Source: Marsupella aquatica (Eukaryota > Plantae > Marchantiophyta). From it: 64,000 bases of DNA. Shown one piece after another: positions 34,330 to 47,364 of this stretch (position 1 is its first letter; the number at the start of each line of letters is the position of its first letter). The position numbers and the translations under genes were made by a program. The stretch lies in contig OZ316891.1 of assembly GCA_973895155.1 (NCBI GenBank), positions 28,029,145 through 28,093,144 on the forward strand, read 5' to 3'. The notes under the pieces were generated by a model. It saw only the letters and a program-made list of their open reading frames with translations. It was not told the DNA's origin and ran no database searches.

Positions 34330-34800
34330 TCTTACGGCGTGCATACCAACAGATTGTGCAACCAACTAGCATCTTGGATACTTTGAGGCATGCCACTATC
34401 TAAGGAGGACGATATCATCATAATATTTGGCGTTTTCATCCTTGAGACTGCGTGTACTTGTCGTAGACAACACCGATTACTTTGGATGTCACCACAAAAC
34501 GTACTATATTGCAAGGGTAGAAGGTATTACCATCATGCGTCTTGGTGATAAAGGGTCGTGTTGGTATGGTTTGGAAGTATCATGTATACAACTATGCACC
34601 TCGTGACCTTCCAAACATTAGTGATAGCCTGGATCAAAGTTTAGCAATGGTACCTCCAGGCTTGAGATATATATTATGTGGATCTGCATGAGGAACTGCT
34701 ACCATGATGATTTGTGATGGTTATTTGAAAGGTTGGCACTTGGCATGTTTGACATCGCCTCTTGATTCAGTTATTCAAGGACGGTGATTGTGGACTATGT
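34330..34800 (+). pseudogene. Highly degenerate Gypsy integrase C-terminus with PHD finger
   Basis: Fragments read DTLRHATI*GGRY, DCVYL..TTPITLDVTTKRTIL..KVLPS, and CGSA*GTATMMICDG..KGWHLACLTSPL (PHD pattern). Confidence 0.6.
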
Positions 34801-37800
34801 GGAGGTAGAGGTTGGGTTTTGGCTAGCACAAGATTTATTAGATAATATAGATAACATACATGTAATTAACAATGGGGCTCATTTGCAAAGTAGATAGTTA
34901 TTGATTATGGTTATGTGCATTGTGAGCCAATAACTTCGGTGTCAAACCTGGGCTATAGCCTTTGGGGCATGTCTCCCACAGGCAAAAAACCCAATCAAGA
35001 GACAACAAAGAAAAGGCAAAAATGAAAAAAAAAAAACCAAGGAAAAAGCCCAACAAAAGGCTGATTCGTATAAAATTATTGCATCATTTTGGATAGCATT
35101 CTTGAGTTTTCACGTATTCCCTCTGGGTCCATGGGAGTTGTTGCACTCAACTTACGGTTCATCCCAGCTTCCTTTCCCAGAAAATTACAATTTATTATTA
35201 ATATATAGTAAAACATATAATAATAAAAATAATGCAAAATGAGACTTGGTCGCAGCGAAGGAGCCAGGAGGGCCCGAAAGGACGGGCGTGGCTTTCCGTG
35301 AAGAGCACGGAAGGAAGACTGCTACTGGAAAGAGAGACCACAGGAAAGTGAAAGAGTGCACCGAAAGAAAAGACCAATGGAAAGAAGGGGGAGATGCCTG
35401 GAAAGAAGGGAGAGACGCCTGCGGGACGGCACGTCCAGGGAAGGAAAAGCACGAGACAGCGTTGGGTTCAAGACTTCAAGTGGGTGATGTAGGGACTGAG
35501 CTAATCAAAGCTTTGCAGTACAGTACTTGGGCTGAAGAGGCGAGGTGTTTGTCGATTCGAGTGGCCTTTATTGCAAAATGCCCTGTGGCCCTGTGGGGGC
35601 ATGGCGAGCACAGAATCATTTTCCTATTCGAGTGGCCCTTATTGCAATGCACTGTGGGGCAGCGTAATTTTTAAGGCTCTGTTTTTGTCAGGGTGGTGAA
35701 CGCCAAAAATAAGATGCTAATAATAATGTTCCTTATTCTATTAGGGGGCTGAATGTCAAAAAGAAGATGCTAATAATGTTCCTTATCTAGTCGTTATCTA
35801 CTGTAAGTTGGGGTGCTGAATGCCAGGAAGAAGATGCTAATACAGTCGTTATCTAATCCAGAGAGGATGCTAATAGTGCTCTTTGTCTAGTTTCCTTTGG
35901 GGTTAATTTATGATCGTTAGAATTCCCTAGATTTCGGTCTACTGTAGAGACTTTTCGGCTATTTGCTTTTGATTTCCCCATTATTGTGTTGCTTGTTTTT
36001 GGTATCTGTCTCCCTAAACGCTTTTCGTTCTTTGACATTATTATTTTATATTAATATTAATATTACTACTACGTTACATATAATAACTGGTTTTGTGGCT
36101 AGGAGACTGGCTGCTGGAAGGAAAAATAGGACTAACTTTTGCCAAAAGTGGCGAAGACTTTCGGTGAGGTTCAGAATATAGTGAATTTTCGGCACTAAAA
36201 ATAATGGACATGGTGAGAGCGGAGTCGTTCGTGGAGGCACATCTAAGCGTTTGTACGATGAGATTGGTGGGAGGGGAAAAATGTGGAATCTTTAATGAAT
36301 AATGAAGATACTACCGTAGCGAAGGTCGTGTACGGCTGGGAGATTGGAGGGAGGAGAAAAATGTGGGACTTCAGTGACCATTGGAGGGAGGAGGAAAATG
36401 TGGGAGTTCTGTGCTGACTGGAAGGAGGGAAGAATGGAAGGAGAGGGAGCTGTGTTGGTCGGTGAATGTGCGATGAAGGATAGCACGAAGAAGATACGGG
36501 GGATTAAACGAGAGAGCTTTGGATGCGTGGCCGAGGGAGGAGAATACAAGAGTTCACAGTTCAAGTTGCCAAACTCTAGTGCTCCTGCAAGTCTTGAACT
36601 GACGAGACTGAAAAGTAAGGTTTAAACAGTGAGAGACGAAGAATGAGAGTGATTGTGAGTGGAGGAGAAGGACGAGGAGGTGGTAATGTTGTGGTCAGCT
36701 GCAAGGAATCAGTGGAGCAGTCCAGCACCGTTTTTTCTCGGTTAGAATCTGATTTAGTAGTGTAGGGTGGTGGCGAGGTCTTTTGACCTGAGCCAAGCTG
36801 GTGTCAAGTCAACACGGGAGGGAAGGAAGGAAGGGTCTGCGTTGGAGCAGAGGAGAGAGGGAGCCGCCGGTTGTAGTAAGTCGGAGGAAAAGTTGGGAGT
36901 TGGTACAGAGACACCCACCCTGATCTCAAGCAACGAACTCCTTCACATAAGGGAGAAAAAGAGACACAGCCAGAGAGCGAGAGACGGAGAGAGAGGACTG
37001 AGGAAGGAGCTTCCAGAAGAGGCAGGAAGTTCATTCTTCGTCCACAGAGGAAAACGGTGGGAAAGCTGTGTCGTATACTGTAATGAAATACCTCCCATCC
37101 GCTTGGTCAGTCTCGTGCTCGTCTCGCGAAGAGATCCTTTTTGGGATCGTGTTGGTCTGTGAAAGACTTGGGCCTCTGGCTCGTGGCTCATTAGTCGAGT
37201 GAGAGTATGAGACAAAGCTCGTTAAGCTCTTTAGAACCGAGAGATTACTCCTAGTTGGCACTTGTAATGAATGAGAAAGTAATCCGTTGCATTTGACCGG
37301 GGCTGCAAGGTGAGTTGCTGTTATCCTTTCCAAAACCATTCCCTCAACTGCTTTGTTGCCCGTGTGTCGCTCGCAGAACAGAGACGTCACAACAATCGAG
37401 CTTACCTGTCTCTCTCTGGAAGGCTGGAGGTTGAAATTGGACTAGTCAAAGAACAGCTCCTGATGCTCCGCAGTGGCAACCGACAGTCGAGACGAGTCTT
37501 AGATCTCTGCTTTGGTGTAGAATAGAGCGGAGGGGAATCGAAATCCTCGGAGGAGAGAGTTGGCAGGATCTCGGAGGAAACCGAAGGGGAAAGGGAAGTC
37601 AGCAGAGGAGAACCAGTATTTATATGAGAACCATCCATGATCAAACGAGGCAAGGGTTAGAAGAAGACCCCTGAGGAAGCGACCCAACGAGACTCGCAGC
37701 CATCATTCAAACGCTTCCCGCCGTGAGCAGGTTGTGAAACCAAGTTGGCCAAAGTTTGAAGACCTTAGTTTGAAAGCTTGCAGCATGAAGGCAAGCGAAT

Positions 37801-37865
37801 TAAGAGTTTCCCTTAGCCACGTCAAGGAGCCCGAAAACCTGGTTATGAAAAAGGGAGGGAGATCG

Positions 37866-40303
37866 ATGGAGGCCAGGAACATGGCAAGCAAAGTATCGGA
37901 TGAAACTCTGGGACGTATATTTGCCCATCTGGATAGCCCGTTGGATCGAAATGCGGCGTCGAGGGTATGCAAGCAATGGAATCGAGTGGACTCCAACACC
38001 AGGAAGCATGTGCAAATAACCAACTGTTATAGCATAGCTCCAACAGGGCTGTCAAGGAGGTTTCCCAAGTTAGTGTCCTTGAAGATCAAGGGGAAGTCAC
38101 GAGCGTTTGAGTTCGAGTTGCTTCCACCGAACTGGGGAGGTTATGCAGCTCCCTGGGTAGAGGAAGTATCAGAAGCCTATGCACATACCTTCGAAAGCCT
38201 CTGGCTTCGTCGGATGGTGGTGACCGATGCAGATCTGAAGCGATTGGCCACCTCTTGTCACGATTCTCTGCTCACACTCAAGCTGGAGAAATGCTCAGGC
38301 TTCTCCGCCGTGGGCCTCGCGTACATCACAGCAAATTGCAGGTAGAGTGCTCAACGAGAGATTGCGTTCTTCAACCTTGGCCCTCGCTGTTGGATCAAGT
38401 TGCTATGACCATTTAAATGTCTCGGATCTTGTGTCTTCAGAATCTTACTCGTCGGGCGCCTGAAGTAAAATGTGACATGTTTTCTCATTGTTGCTTTTCT
38501 ACTATGAGTGAGAACCACCCCGGCTAGGACCGGGGTAAGGAAATGGCTTTTGTCATTGGACTTCTTTCGTTCATATTTGGTAGTGGTCAGCACGGTTAGT
38601 TGCGGCCAACCTTTCTCATAGGAAAACCCCTGGTCTCAAATAAGTTTTCGTTTTACGTGAGGTGATTTCTTCAATGTGACTGAATACTAGGATGCAAAGG
38701 ATATGGATTTCCGGTTTTCTGATATGACTTGCGTTATTCCTGCCATCAGATCGTTGAAAGTCCTGTACCTGGAGGAGTCCACCGTCACAGAGTGTGATAG
38801 CAGCAGCGAGTGGTTGCATCAGCTCGCCGTTAACAATTCTAACCTAGTAGAGTTGAATTTCCAATACACCACTGGACTCGATGATATTGATGTGAATGAC
38901 TTGGAGTTAATAGCAGAGAACTGCAGGTCATTGAGATCTCTTAAAGTCGCTGAGGTTGATATTCTGGACATGGAAAGAGTAGCGGGCAAAACCATGTCAC
39001 TCGTGGAAGTGGGAACTGGGGACTGCGCCAGAATTGGAGAGCCACAAACCCCCCCGCCAATTGTGAACTTTCCCAGATCGATCATTGCCCTCTCTGGTTT
39101 ATATGAGCTCAGTGATGCGGCTGTGCCAGCTATATCAAGAATGCTGGAAAATCTTAAAAAGCTTGATCTTCAGTACTCGTCGCTGAGTCCAGATGGATAC
39201 TGTCAGATTCTCCAACACTGCACCAGCCTTGAAGTGTTGATGGTAATCCCCCAGCTATATCTCTCTGGATGGAGCCTTTTTGTGGTCCTAACGCCAACTT
39301 TGCGAAGGCACTCTTTTGCATTGCCAGAGGAATTTTTATTGTGGAGTATGAGTCCCACGGATAGAGGCGTGCGTTCACCTTTTCTTGTGCAGTCTACATG
39401 AGACTTAATGCTTCTAGGGATAATAATGAACCCACGTACTGGCAAGTTTGGAAATTTAGCTCTATGTATTTATCTCATTCTTTTCGTTAGATCTCTCATC
39501 TTTGTACTGACCGGACTGAAATTTCTTCTTCATGTGAACAGGCAAGGAATGGGCTGGGAGATGCAGGATTAATCACAGTGGCCAGGACTTGTAAGAATCT
39601 GCGGAGAATCCGAATTGATGACAGTGAAGGAGAGGCTATGCTGACTCCTGCAGGCATAATACCCTTCGCAGAGAATTGCGTGAAGCTAGAGTTTTGTGTC
39701 ATGTATGTCGCAGACATCAGCAATGCAACAATGGCTGCATTCGGCAATAACTGTCCAGTCTTGAAGGACTGCCGCTTTGTTCTGCTGCAGACCATAAGAG
39801 TCCTTCCTGATTTACCATTGGATGAAGGTGTGAAGTCTCTGTTGAAAGGATGCCGAAGTTTGACACGATTCGCTCTGTATGTCCGCCATGGAGCTTTGAC
39901 CGACAGAGGCATGGCATACATTGGGGAATATGGAACTGGGCTGAAGTGGATACTGCTGGGTTGTACTGGAGAGAGTGATCTGGGTTTGACTGAGTTGGCT
40001 AGAGGATGTCAGTCACTAGAAAAGCTGGAGATGAGGGATTGCCCTTTCACTGAAGGTGGTTGTGCTACTGCCGCTGCTGGCATGCGTAGTCTCAAGTACT
40101 TGTGGATGCAGGGACGTGATGTTACACAGGCTGGAGGAAGACTGCTTGCTATGGCTCGCCACTCTTGGACTGTAGAAATTGCCCCGTCATCGCTCACTGC
40201 GTATTGTTCTTTGGCAGAACCTCGACGAGACCATCCACGAGATACAATTTCCGTGATACGAGTTGGGGATGATCATAATCTTCATGGCAATGGGCGAGTC
40301 TGA
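37866..40303 (+). CDS. COI1: COI1-like F-box/LRR jasmonate-receptor family protein, 3 exons (start could be 37785, 37845 or 37866)
   Basis: Exons ..-38341, 38750-39242 and 39542-40303 with GT-AG introns at the TIR1/COI1 positions. F-box DETLGRIF..DRNAASRVCKQW; KGKSRA..NWGGY..PW; LRRM.VTD.DL; CSGFS; LEES; FALYVRHGALTDRG; WILLGCTGESD.GL; KLEMR; YLWMQG. No internal stops. Confidence 0.92.
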
Positions 40304-41539
40304 TAGTTTGTGTGGGCTGGAGGGTCTGAGGCTGGACACCCCAGGTGGAGGGATTCTCTCCTGAAGGCTGAGCTCACAATGGTCGACTTTTCACACAATG
40401 ACCAAGACCGATGCCGTTTTGTGCATTATTATCTGGTGGACTCCCGCACGTAGATGTTAATGAAGGACGTGACTGGGAATGAGGCACTTCTCAGGATCCT
40501 CGCCAGGCTGCCACTCTGTGACATACTTTGTAGTAGCAGACCCGCCCATTATGCCTTCGCATCACAGTCAGCCGAGACCAGAAGCGGATTAGGTTGAATG
40601 CAGTGGCCTTCTTTCGTTTTATCATCATCAACCACATGACAAGAATCAGTTTTGAGTATATAATGAGGGGCAATGCCGTTTTTTGGTTGCTTTTCATTTG
40701 GAGTCTCGATAGTCCAAATGAGCCTCCATCACTAAAAAGTCATTATATTTGGCTGGCCTGAATCCATCCTGGGTTATGCGCTGGAGCATGGGTGCTTGAT
40801 TTCCGTAAAGGCCATCGAGAGCGTGAGACCTTGCGTAGAGCGACTTTTCGTTTCCAAAACTGTTGGATGTAAGTTACATAATTGTTTCATTACTAATCTC
40901 GAAGTAGAATCAAATGAGATTTCTGTTGCTCTTCATTCCAAATTTACTTGCTCAGTTTTAGTTGGAGAATACCTCGTCTTTTCTGGCAGAGTCTTCTTTG
41001 TGCGAATTCCCTAAACCCTTCTCTGGAAAGTTTTCCACCAGCCGTAGGTTTAGAGGACACATTCTCGAGTGAATCCCTAATTGTTGGTCAGAGCCAATGA
41101 CTCCCCAACTCTTGATCGGGGATCGCAATTCCAACGTAACTGTCCGTTTACTCACATTAGGAGCCCTCTGCAGGGACGCAATCCTTGGGTCTGCTCTCCT
41201 CAATTTCTCTGCAGAGCTCTTCTCGAAGGTTTTCAAGTCAAGAATTCGTGGAAGAAATTGGCTGCTTTCTCCACGCTTTCTTCTCTGTGATAGTCCTCCA
41301 AGACTTGGCCCGAAAGCTACTCTCGAATGAGCCTGAGCCGAATATTTGTATGACAGCTTTTTTTATTTTGAGCGAGGTCTCCACAATACACTTTTGTGCA
41401 AGAACACAACTCGAGAATGGGGCCGCCACGATTGACTTTCTCCATCGAACACAATTCGTGAAAGACGACAATGTTGGACTTCTCTCTCGCGGGATTTGGG
41501 AAGGAAGATTAGACTTTCATCAAGTTTTAGGACTACGTT

Positions 41540-41812
41540 TCAGACGGCAGATCTGTTTGACTGAAATGATTGACTGCATGGAAGCGAATTCATTTGAAGT
41601 CACCAACTGACCGAAAGGAATTCGTTCGTTTGACTGAATGGAAGTGAAGTCATTTGCAGTCAGTGATTGAACTGAAGTGAAACCATTAGGTTTGACTTAT
41701 GGAAGTCAAGTCATTTGAAGTCATGGACTCGTGGGAAGAAGTGAAGAGAAAGTTGTCATTGGACGTCATTAAAGTGAAGTCATTTGAAGCCATTGGAAAT
41801 GAAATGAAGTCA
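41540..41812. repeat. Degenerate ~60-bp tandem repeat with core GAAGTGAAGTCATTTGAAGTCA
   Basis: Cores at about 41578, 41638, 41699 and 41768. Confidence 0.7.
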
Positions 41813-42481
41813 GGATGTGGATGTGCAGGCGCTTTCCATGTAGTGTGGGTTCTCATCTAAATGAGCTGAATGTTGGGCCAGTGTTATTCCATGTTGCTGG
41901 TAGTGTTATGTATTAGGTGATATATTCCGGATTTTTTCAAGGTCTGGGAGAAGTAGCCACTGTGGCGCCTCCCCATTGGCTTGCCTAAGAAGAGGTGGTG
42001 ACCTCATGGATCATGGCTTGGGAGGGGGTGGCGATCCCTTTCTCACCAAATGTTCATCCATGGTACCAGGTGGTGACATATCTAGGGTGACTATTAGAAA
42101 GTTTGGTGAGTTTGACCCAAAACATATCAGAAGGATAAGCCAGGAGAAATAGGGCTATGAAGGAAGCTTTTGAACAAACCCTAACCTCAGAAGCAGTTGA
42201 ACAAACCATAAACTCACTATTAGCAAATGTGAAGTTACATCTGGAGAGAAATTGAACCTCCCCCCCCCCCCCCTCCAAAGTGCTCATTGAAAAGAAGTCA
42301 AGTAAAGCAAGACTTGTCACAATCACTTAACCCAACCCACCCAATCCCACTTAATTTAGAGAACTCTGTAGAGAAAATTATTTGTTGCACTTTCCACAAC
42401 TTTCTTCCACAAATCAGTGTACTTTTTCCACATTGTCTGTCCACAAATCAATGGTATCCTGCAGGCATGGGAATGTTGTAA

Positions 42482-42815
42482 TCTACAACTATATAAGTGA
42501 TCCCGCCTTTTTTCGTCCTTCGTCCCGTTATGAAATACAGAATTAGCGGGAATCAAAACTGGCTGTTAGATATTTTAGAGGATTTTTGTGTCGATTGGAT
42601 TACCACTTGCCCTCTCTGGCGAGGCCTCCCACTCCCTTGCTTTCATTATGGACATACATACACAGGCATCGATGCCTAGCCGGCCCTCACGATGACTCGC
42701 CCTGCCTCGCCCTCCCCTCGGTCCCTATGCGCTCGCCCATGCCTCTCAGCCCCCCGGCCCGACTCCTTGTGGGCCAGCCCTCATTGCGCCGTGCAAAGCA
42801 CGGGCATAGGGCTCG
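42482..42815 (+). mobile_element. Short non-autonomous Helitron-like element (334 bp)
   Basis: Sits between A and T with no TSD; 5' TC; hairpin CCGTGC-AAA-GCACGG (42789-42803) 8 nt before terminal CTCG|T. Confidence 0.7.
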
Positions 42816-42829
42816 TAGACCATAAATCT

Positions 42830-44500
42830 TGTGCTTACACCCTCAAGACACAGTCCAGATGCTCAAACAACCTATTACATATGCATGTCTTGAAAAAGGA
42901 CAGGGTTGAGAAGGTCTGTACGTTCATCCTCAACAGAGCTAAGCATTTGTCACCATGGCAATCTCTGCAAACTTAGACCACTTTAACATGCAACTACCCA
43001 ACAATTCATTCACATATAATTTGCTCCAGAATTTTGTCAATGGGTTTAAATTTTGTCATCCTCAGAATCTACCATTACCTTCTTAGCATGTTATTATATC
43101 ATCAATGTGCAGATTGACTGCTGCTGGTCAAGCATGTGACCATTTTAGGCCATTTATGCTAACAAAAATGGCTATTCAAAACAACAAAGTGTCCAGCTAC
43201 TCATGGCTGATAGTGTCAGTGTAGTCCTCTACAACATCATAAAAATGTTGGAAACTCTCCTTTGAAAACCATGTATCAACATCCATATACATCACTAAAA
43301 TCAACTGACCATCGAGATCCATAAAGTAAGTTTTCAAGTTCTCAATAGCTTATTCCCAGAAGTCTCTAGAATGTGGGATAATTGGGCAGACTCAACATGG
43401 AGTTTGCACAAGTGGCAAAAATAAGCATGGAGGGATGTTACCAGCTCTTCAATCTTGCTTGGCCACAATGGGCAGGTTGCTCAAGGGACCCATAACAAGA
43501 TCTGTTTTGTGAGCTATGCAATGTATTCCCAAGCAGTATTGTGTGCTTATTAGCAAGTTGTTGCACTACTCCCGTTTGAAGACAGGGGCACCATCATCAC
43601 CATATGACACCATCTTCTGTGCTATCTCCACTTCAGATAGACCTCCATCACAATAAAATAAAGTGACAATGGCCTTAGTCACTGCATCAGACCCAGCCCC
43701 ATCAATGATCTTTTGAACAAAAGTTGGGACATGAGTTTGCACAGCAAGGATAAATGGAATTTGATTTCAACCTTCACAAACATAGACATGGGTAGACCAC
43801 CAAGACATGTTATCATGACATGTGACTCATCCGTAGATACTGCAAAGAAGGTGGCAACCCTTAAGTTTTGCCTGGTCAAGATCCCAACAACCACTTTTGC
43901 CAAGCATTTTTCCATCTCCCATGTAGCACGTACATACTATCTCTCTAATGTCTGGTGGGACAATGAGGGACTTTCAACTTAATGCACTGAACAAAAATAG
44001 ACTCATAATCAGTCATGATGGGACCTCGGATGGGACAACCTTGAGACAACAGCCCCCCGCAACAGCCAAAATGGCATGCTCATTTTCACCTCCTTGCGTC
44101 TTCGAGGGGTTGAAGTGAGTGCTACTTGCTCGACAATATGGTCATGAGACCTGAGAAAAAATGACTCTCATTTTTTACATGAGCACATGGAATATAATAG
44201 TACTCCCTGTTTTTCACTGCTCTTTACCCAACCATGAAGTCCTGCTGACAGTACAATGAACCCAAGTCATGCATCCTCACCAACAACAGGCTCTGCACAA
44301 GGGAGCTTTGCAGCCCAATCTTCCGGAAATTGGTGATGAAGTTCATAAGCTCTCCTTGTCTTCCTTGACTGTTCAGCAGCAACTACCTGCTCAAGAGTGG
44401 CTTCTAACTCCTCTACAACACCACCCTTTGACCTCTTAGACCCACCAGAGGACTCTCCTTTCTCATGCACCTTTTCTTTGCCTTTGGCCAAACCATTCTG
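42830..44500 (-). pseudogene. Degenerate hAT-family transposase
   Basis: FPEDWAAKLPCAE (N-terminus), FFAVSTDES (first D), DDGAPVF, LGIHCIAHK (CxxH at about 43510-43533) and VEDER..FSTLSFFK (dimerisation domain at about 42890-42935), with many stops and frameshifts. Confidence 0.75.
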
Positions 44501-45855
44501 ACGTGTTGGTGCATGACTCTCAGCCTCTTTTGGTTCCCAATAACCTCAGTGGTGGGGGTGTGTGCAACTTGGTATGCAAGCCTCTCACTCTCCTACGTAA
44601 GCCTCCTATGGGCGGCTAGTACAGTCCTTTAACTTTTCTCACAGATGTGCCAGGCCTCCACTAAACTTTCTCCTTGATCTGGACCTCTCATCAGCATGTG
44701 GAAACAGGTTGAAAGCCTCAAAACCTGTTTTAGGGATTAGTAGTAAATATTATAGTAGCACAAGTGATTTTGTCCATCCAGTTTAACAACACCCCAAATT
44801 ACGTGTTGTAACACAATGGCAGACCAAACAATATGTATGAACACACTTCACGATGAAAAAAAATCTAATTAAGGCAAAAGTAAATGACCTGGATACAAAC
44901 TTTGTACTCCTGCCAATTTGCCAATTTTAGTCCTCAAAATTAAATAGAAAATGTCAGATAGATTTGAAAAGGGGAATATGACATACCCCATCTTGCATCG
45001 ACCAGGGGTTCTCTAACCATAAAACATCCAAACCCTGTTAAGCCCATGATGAGGAGTTTAACAACGTTCCGGACCAATTGTGAGTGTCATTTATGTAGTC
45101 ATGTCTGCTGGTGCCCTGGGGTTGGTGCATGAGTCTCATCGTTCCAATTGGGTGTCAAACGAGTGCGAAACTGGAACTGAGTGATTCGATCTTAATAAGT
45201 CCATCGAGCAGTTCCTGTAGGGTAAGGAAAGCTTGTTGTATACAAATGGGAATGGAGACAGCGACGTAGATGAGGAGTGTACTCTTCACTAATTCTGTTC
45301 CCCTGCATTTGATTAGTTAGGAAGGAAAACATAGTGCTCCTAAAATTGCAGTCCCAAAGGCTGAATTTGAACCTTGACAGAGAGGAAAGAGCAATTGGGT
45401 ACTTTCTTTATTTTTCTTGTCTAAAATGCCTTCGGCTGTGTGATACACATTAACTTGCAAGATATTCTCGTTTCGCCGTGGTTGCTACAGTCTTCAAAGT
45501 AATCAGGGACACAACTGAAAGGCCGGCTAGGAGCACGTTCTTTATTTGGTTTTATTACACGATTTGGGCTCTTGCAATAGATATTGTCGGAGCAGCGTTT
45601 TCTGGGTTTTAAAAGTGCACTTTGGGCTCCTCCAATGGGTATTATGGATCAAGGTGCTTTGTATGTCGTTTGCAGATGTTCAACGCTTCCAGCACTTAAG
45701 AAATTGTAATTGTAAGACTCTGTCCCCGAGTTTAGTTCGTTTGAAACTGTATAGGTTTGGCATATGCTTTGATTACTGTTTTCTACTAGTGTGCAAGCAA
45801 CAGGAAGTAGTATTGCAAGGGAATGTGTAGAACGAGAACGCAACCAAGGTCCTGG

Positions 45856-46292
45856 CACTCAGTTCCACACGTACCGCTGGGGCTTACCTCAGACTGCTTA
45901 GCTTGCTAGTTATTGAATTATGTGATCCCTCCGTTCAAGGCTTCCATGCATGCATAAATCTCCAAATAAACAATTGAGTTTTCCGTATTCTAATCTCTAA
46001 ACACTCAGTTCCACACGTACCGCTGGGGCTTACCTCAGACTGCTTAGCTTGCTAGTTATTGAACTACGTGATCGCTCCGTGCAAGGCTTCCATGCATGCT
46101 TAAATCTCTAATAAACAATTGAGTTTTCCGTATTCTAATCTCTAAACACTCAGTTCCACACGTACCGCTGGGGCTTACCTCAGACTGCTTAGCTTGCTAG
46201 TTATTGAACTACGTGATCGCTCCGTGCAAGGCTTCCATGCATGCTTAAATCTCTAAATAAGCAATTGAGTTTTCCGTATTCTAATCTCTAAA
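45856..46292. repeat. 145/146-bp tandem repeat x3
   Basis: Near-identical units start at 45856, 46002 and 46147. Confidence 0.95.
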
Positions 46293-46662
46293 TGATCGAT
46301 TCAGTATTCAGTACTCAGATCTCTAAATCATTCATTAAAATTTGGTTTGAGAAAGAAACTCTTCACAAGATCTGTTCCCTCGACACTTTCAGGTAGGAAG
46401 GAAAGCACAGTACGTGTAGAATTGCAGTCCCCGACCCGACGGTTGAATTCGGACCGTGACAAAGGAAAGAGCAGAGAGCAATTGGGTTTTGGGTTTTACA
46501 AATGTTCAAGACTGTCGACCCAGATGATAAAACTTGCACACACTAAACTGTTAACAATGCACACACTAAACTGTTAACAACTACAGTAATTGTGGTAGGC
46601 TTTCAATACTCTTAGACTAAGATAATAAAACTTGCACTTTTGAAACACTAAACTATTCACAA

Positions 46663-47313
46663 CTAATTCTGGTGTGCTTTCAATCCACTCGGACTAATTG
46701 ACAAATCCTCTCGGACTAATTGACAAACGGCTCCATATGTCTCTGGATCCACCTCCTCGAGAAAATTAACAGCTTGCATGGTCGTAGAAGCCGGGGTAGA
46801 AGCAGATTTCACAAGAGTAGCCATATACTGCCTCCATCTTCTATCATGTTCTGTAAGTAGTGTAGCTGTGGAAAGCGATACTCCCAACAACGACGCGATA
46901 TCCTGAGCCGACTTAGAGCCCGCTTGAAGAGAACCTCCAAGACAGCCCTTCAACTTTTTCACTCTCCGGGCCCTCGTGAGTACTCTGAAAGCCATAGGAT
47001 GAGTAGGCTGTATTGCACGCTTTTGACGCCGACAATCCACGGATCGACTCAGAGAACTCGCAATCGCTGTTTCCAAGGAATTCCACTGCAGGCAAGAAGT
47101 ATCCACATTCTTCAAGTAGGTCGACATATCCAAACCTTGCAAATATTGCACGGCCAATTTCGCCACTGAAATATAACCTCCAGTATTACTTTCACCATCT
47201 GTAATTCGGTCCGATGAAGTGCGCTCCGATGAAGTGCGCGTCTGATGCATCTGCAACAGGGGGACAGTTTTGACATCGTCTGAGGAAGTTGTTTGCGACA
47301 CAGTATTCGACAT
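46663..47313 (-). CDS. Hypothetical 216-aa protein with an HTH-like segment
   Basis: Uninterrupted ATG-initiated ORF; SAQDIASLLGVSLSTAT fits an HTH turn pattern. No other support. Confidence 0.35.
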   Translation of the reverse strand: MSNTVSQTTSSDDVKTVPLLQMHQTRTSSERTSSDRITDGESNTGGYISVAKLAVQYLQGLDMSTYLKNVDTSCLQWNSLETAIASSLSRSVDCRRQKRAIQPTHPMAFRVLTRARRVKKLKGCLGGSLQAGSKSAQDIASLLGVSLSTATLLTEHDRRWRQYMATLVKSASTPASTTMQAVNFLEEVDPETYGAVCQLVREDLSISPSGLKAHQN

Positions 47314-47364
47314 TGCACTGTAGTAACTGATTGCCCCACTTGCTGTTGGTGGAGAGAAGACTCA

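Noticed and set aside
35246-37700. Multiple 60-140 aa ORFs upstream of the COI1-like gene
   Set aside because: GA-rich promoter/5' UTR-like sequence; the ORFs overlap in all frames with no protein signatures.
41578-41795. 25-bp repeats with ~35-bp spacers resembling CRISPR spacing
   Set aside because: The spacers share motifs (TTTGACT, GAAGTGAA) and the repeats are degenerate, so this is an old minisatellite.
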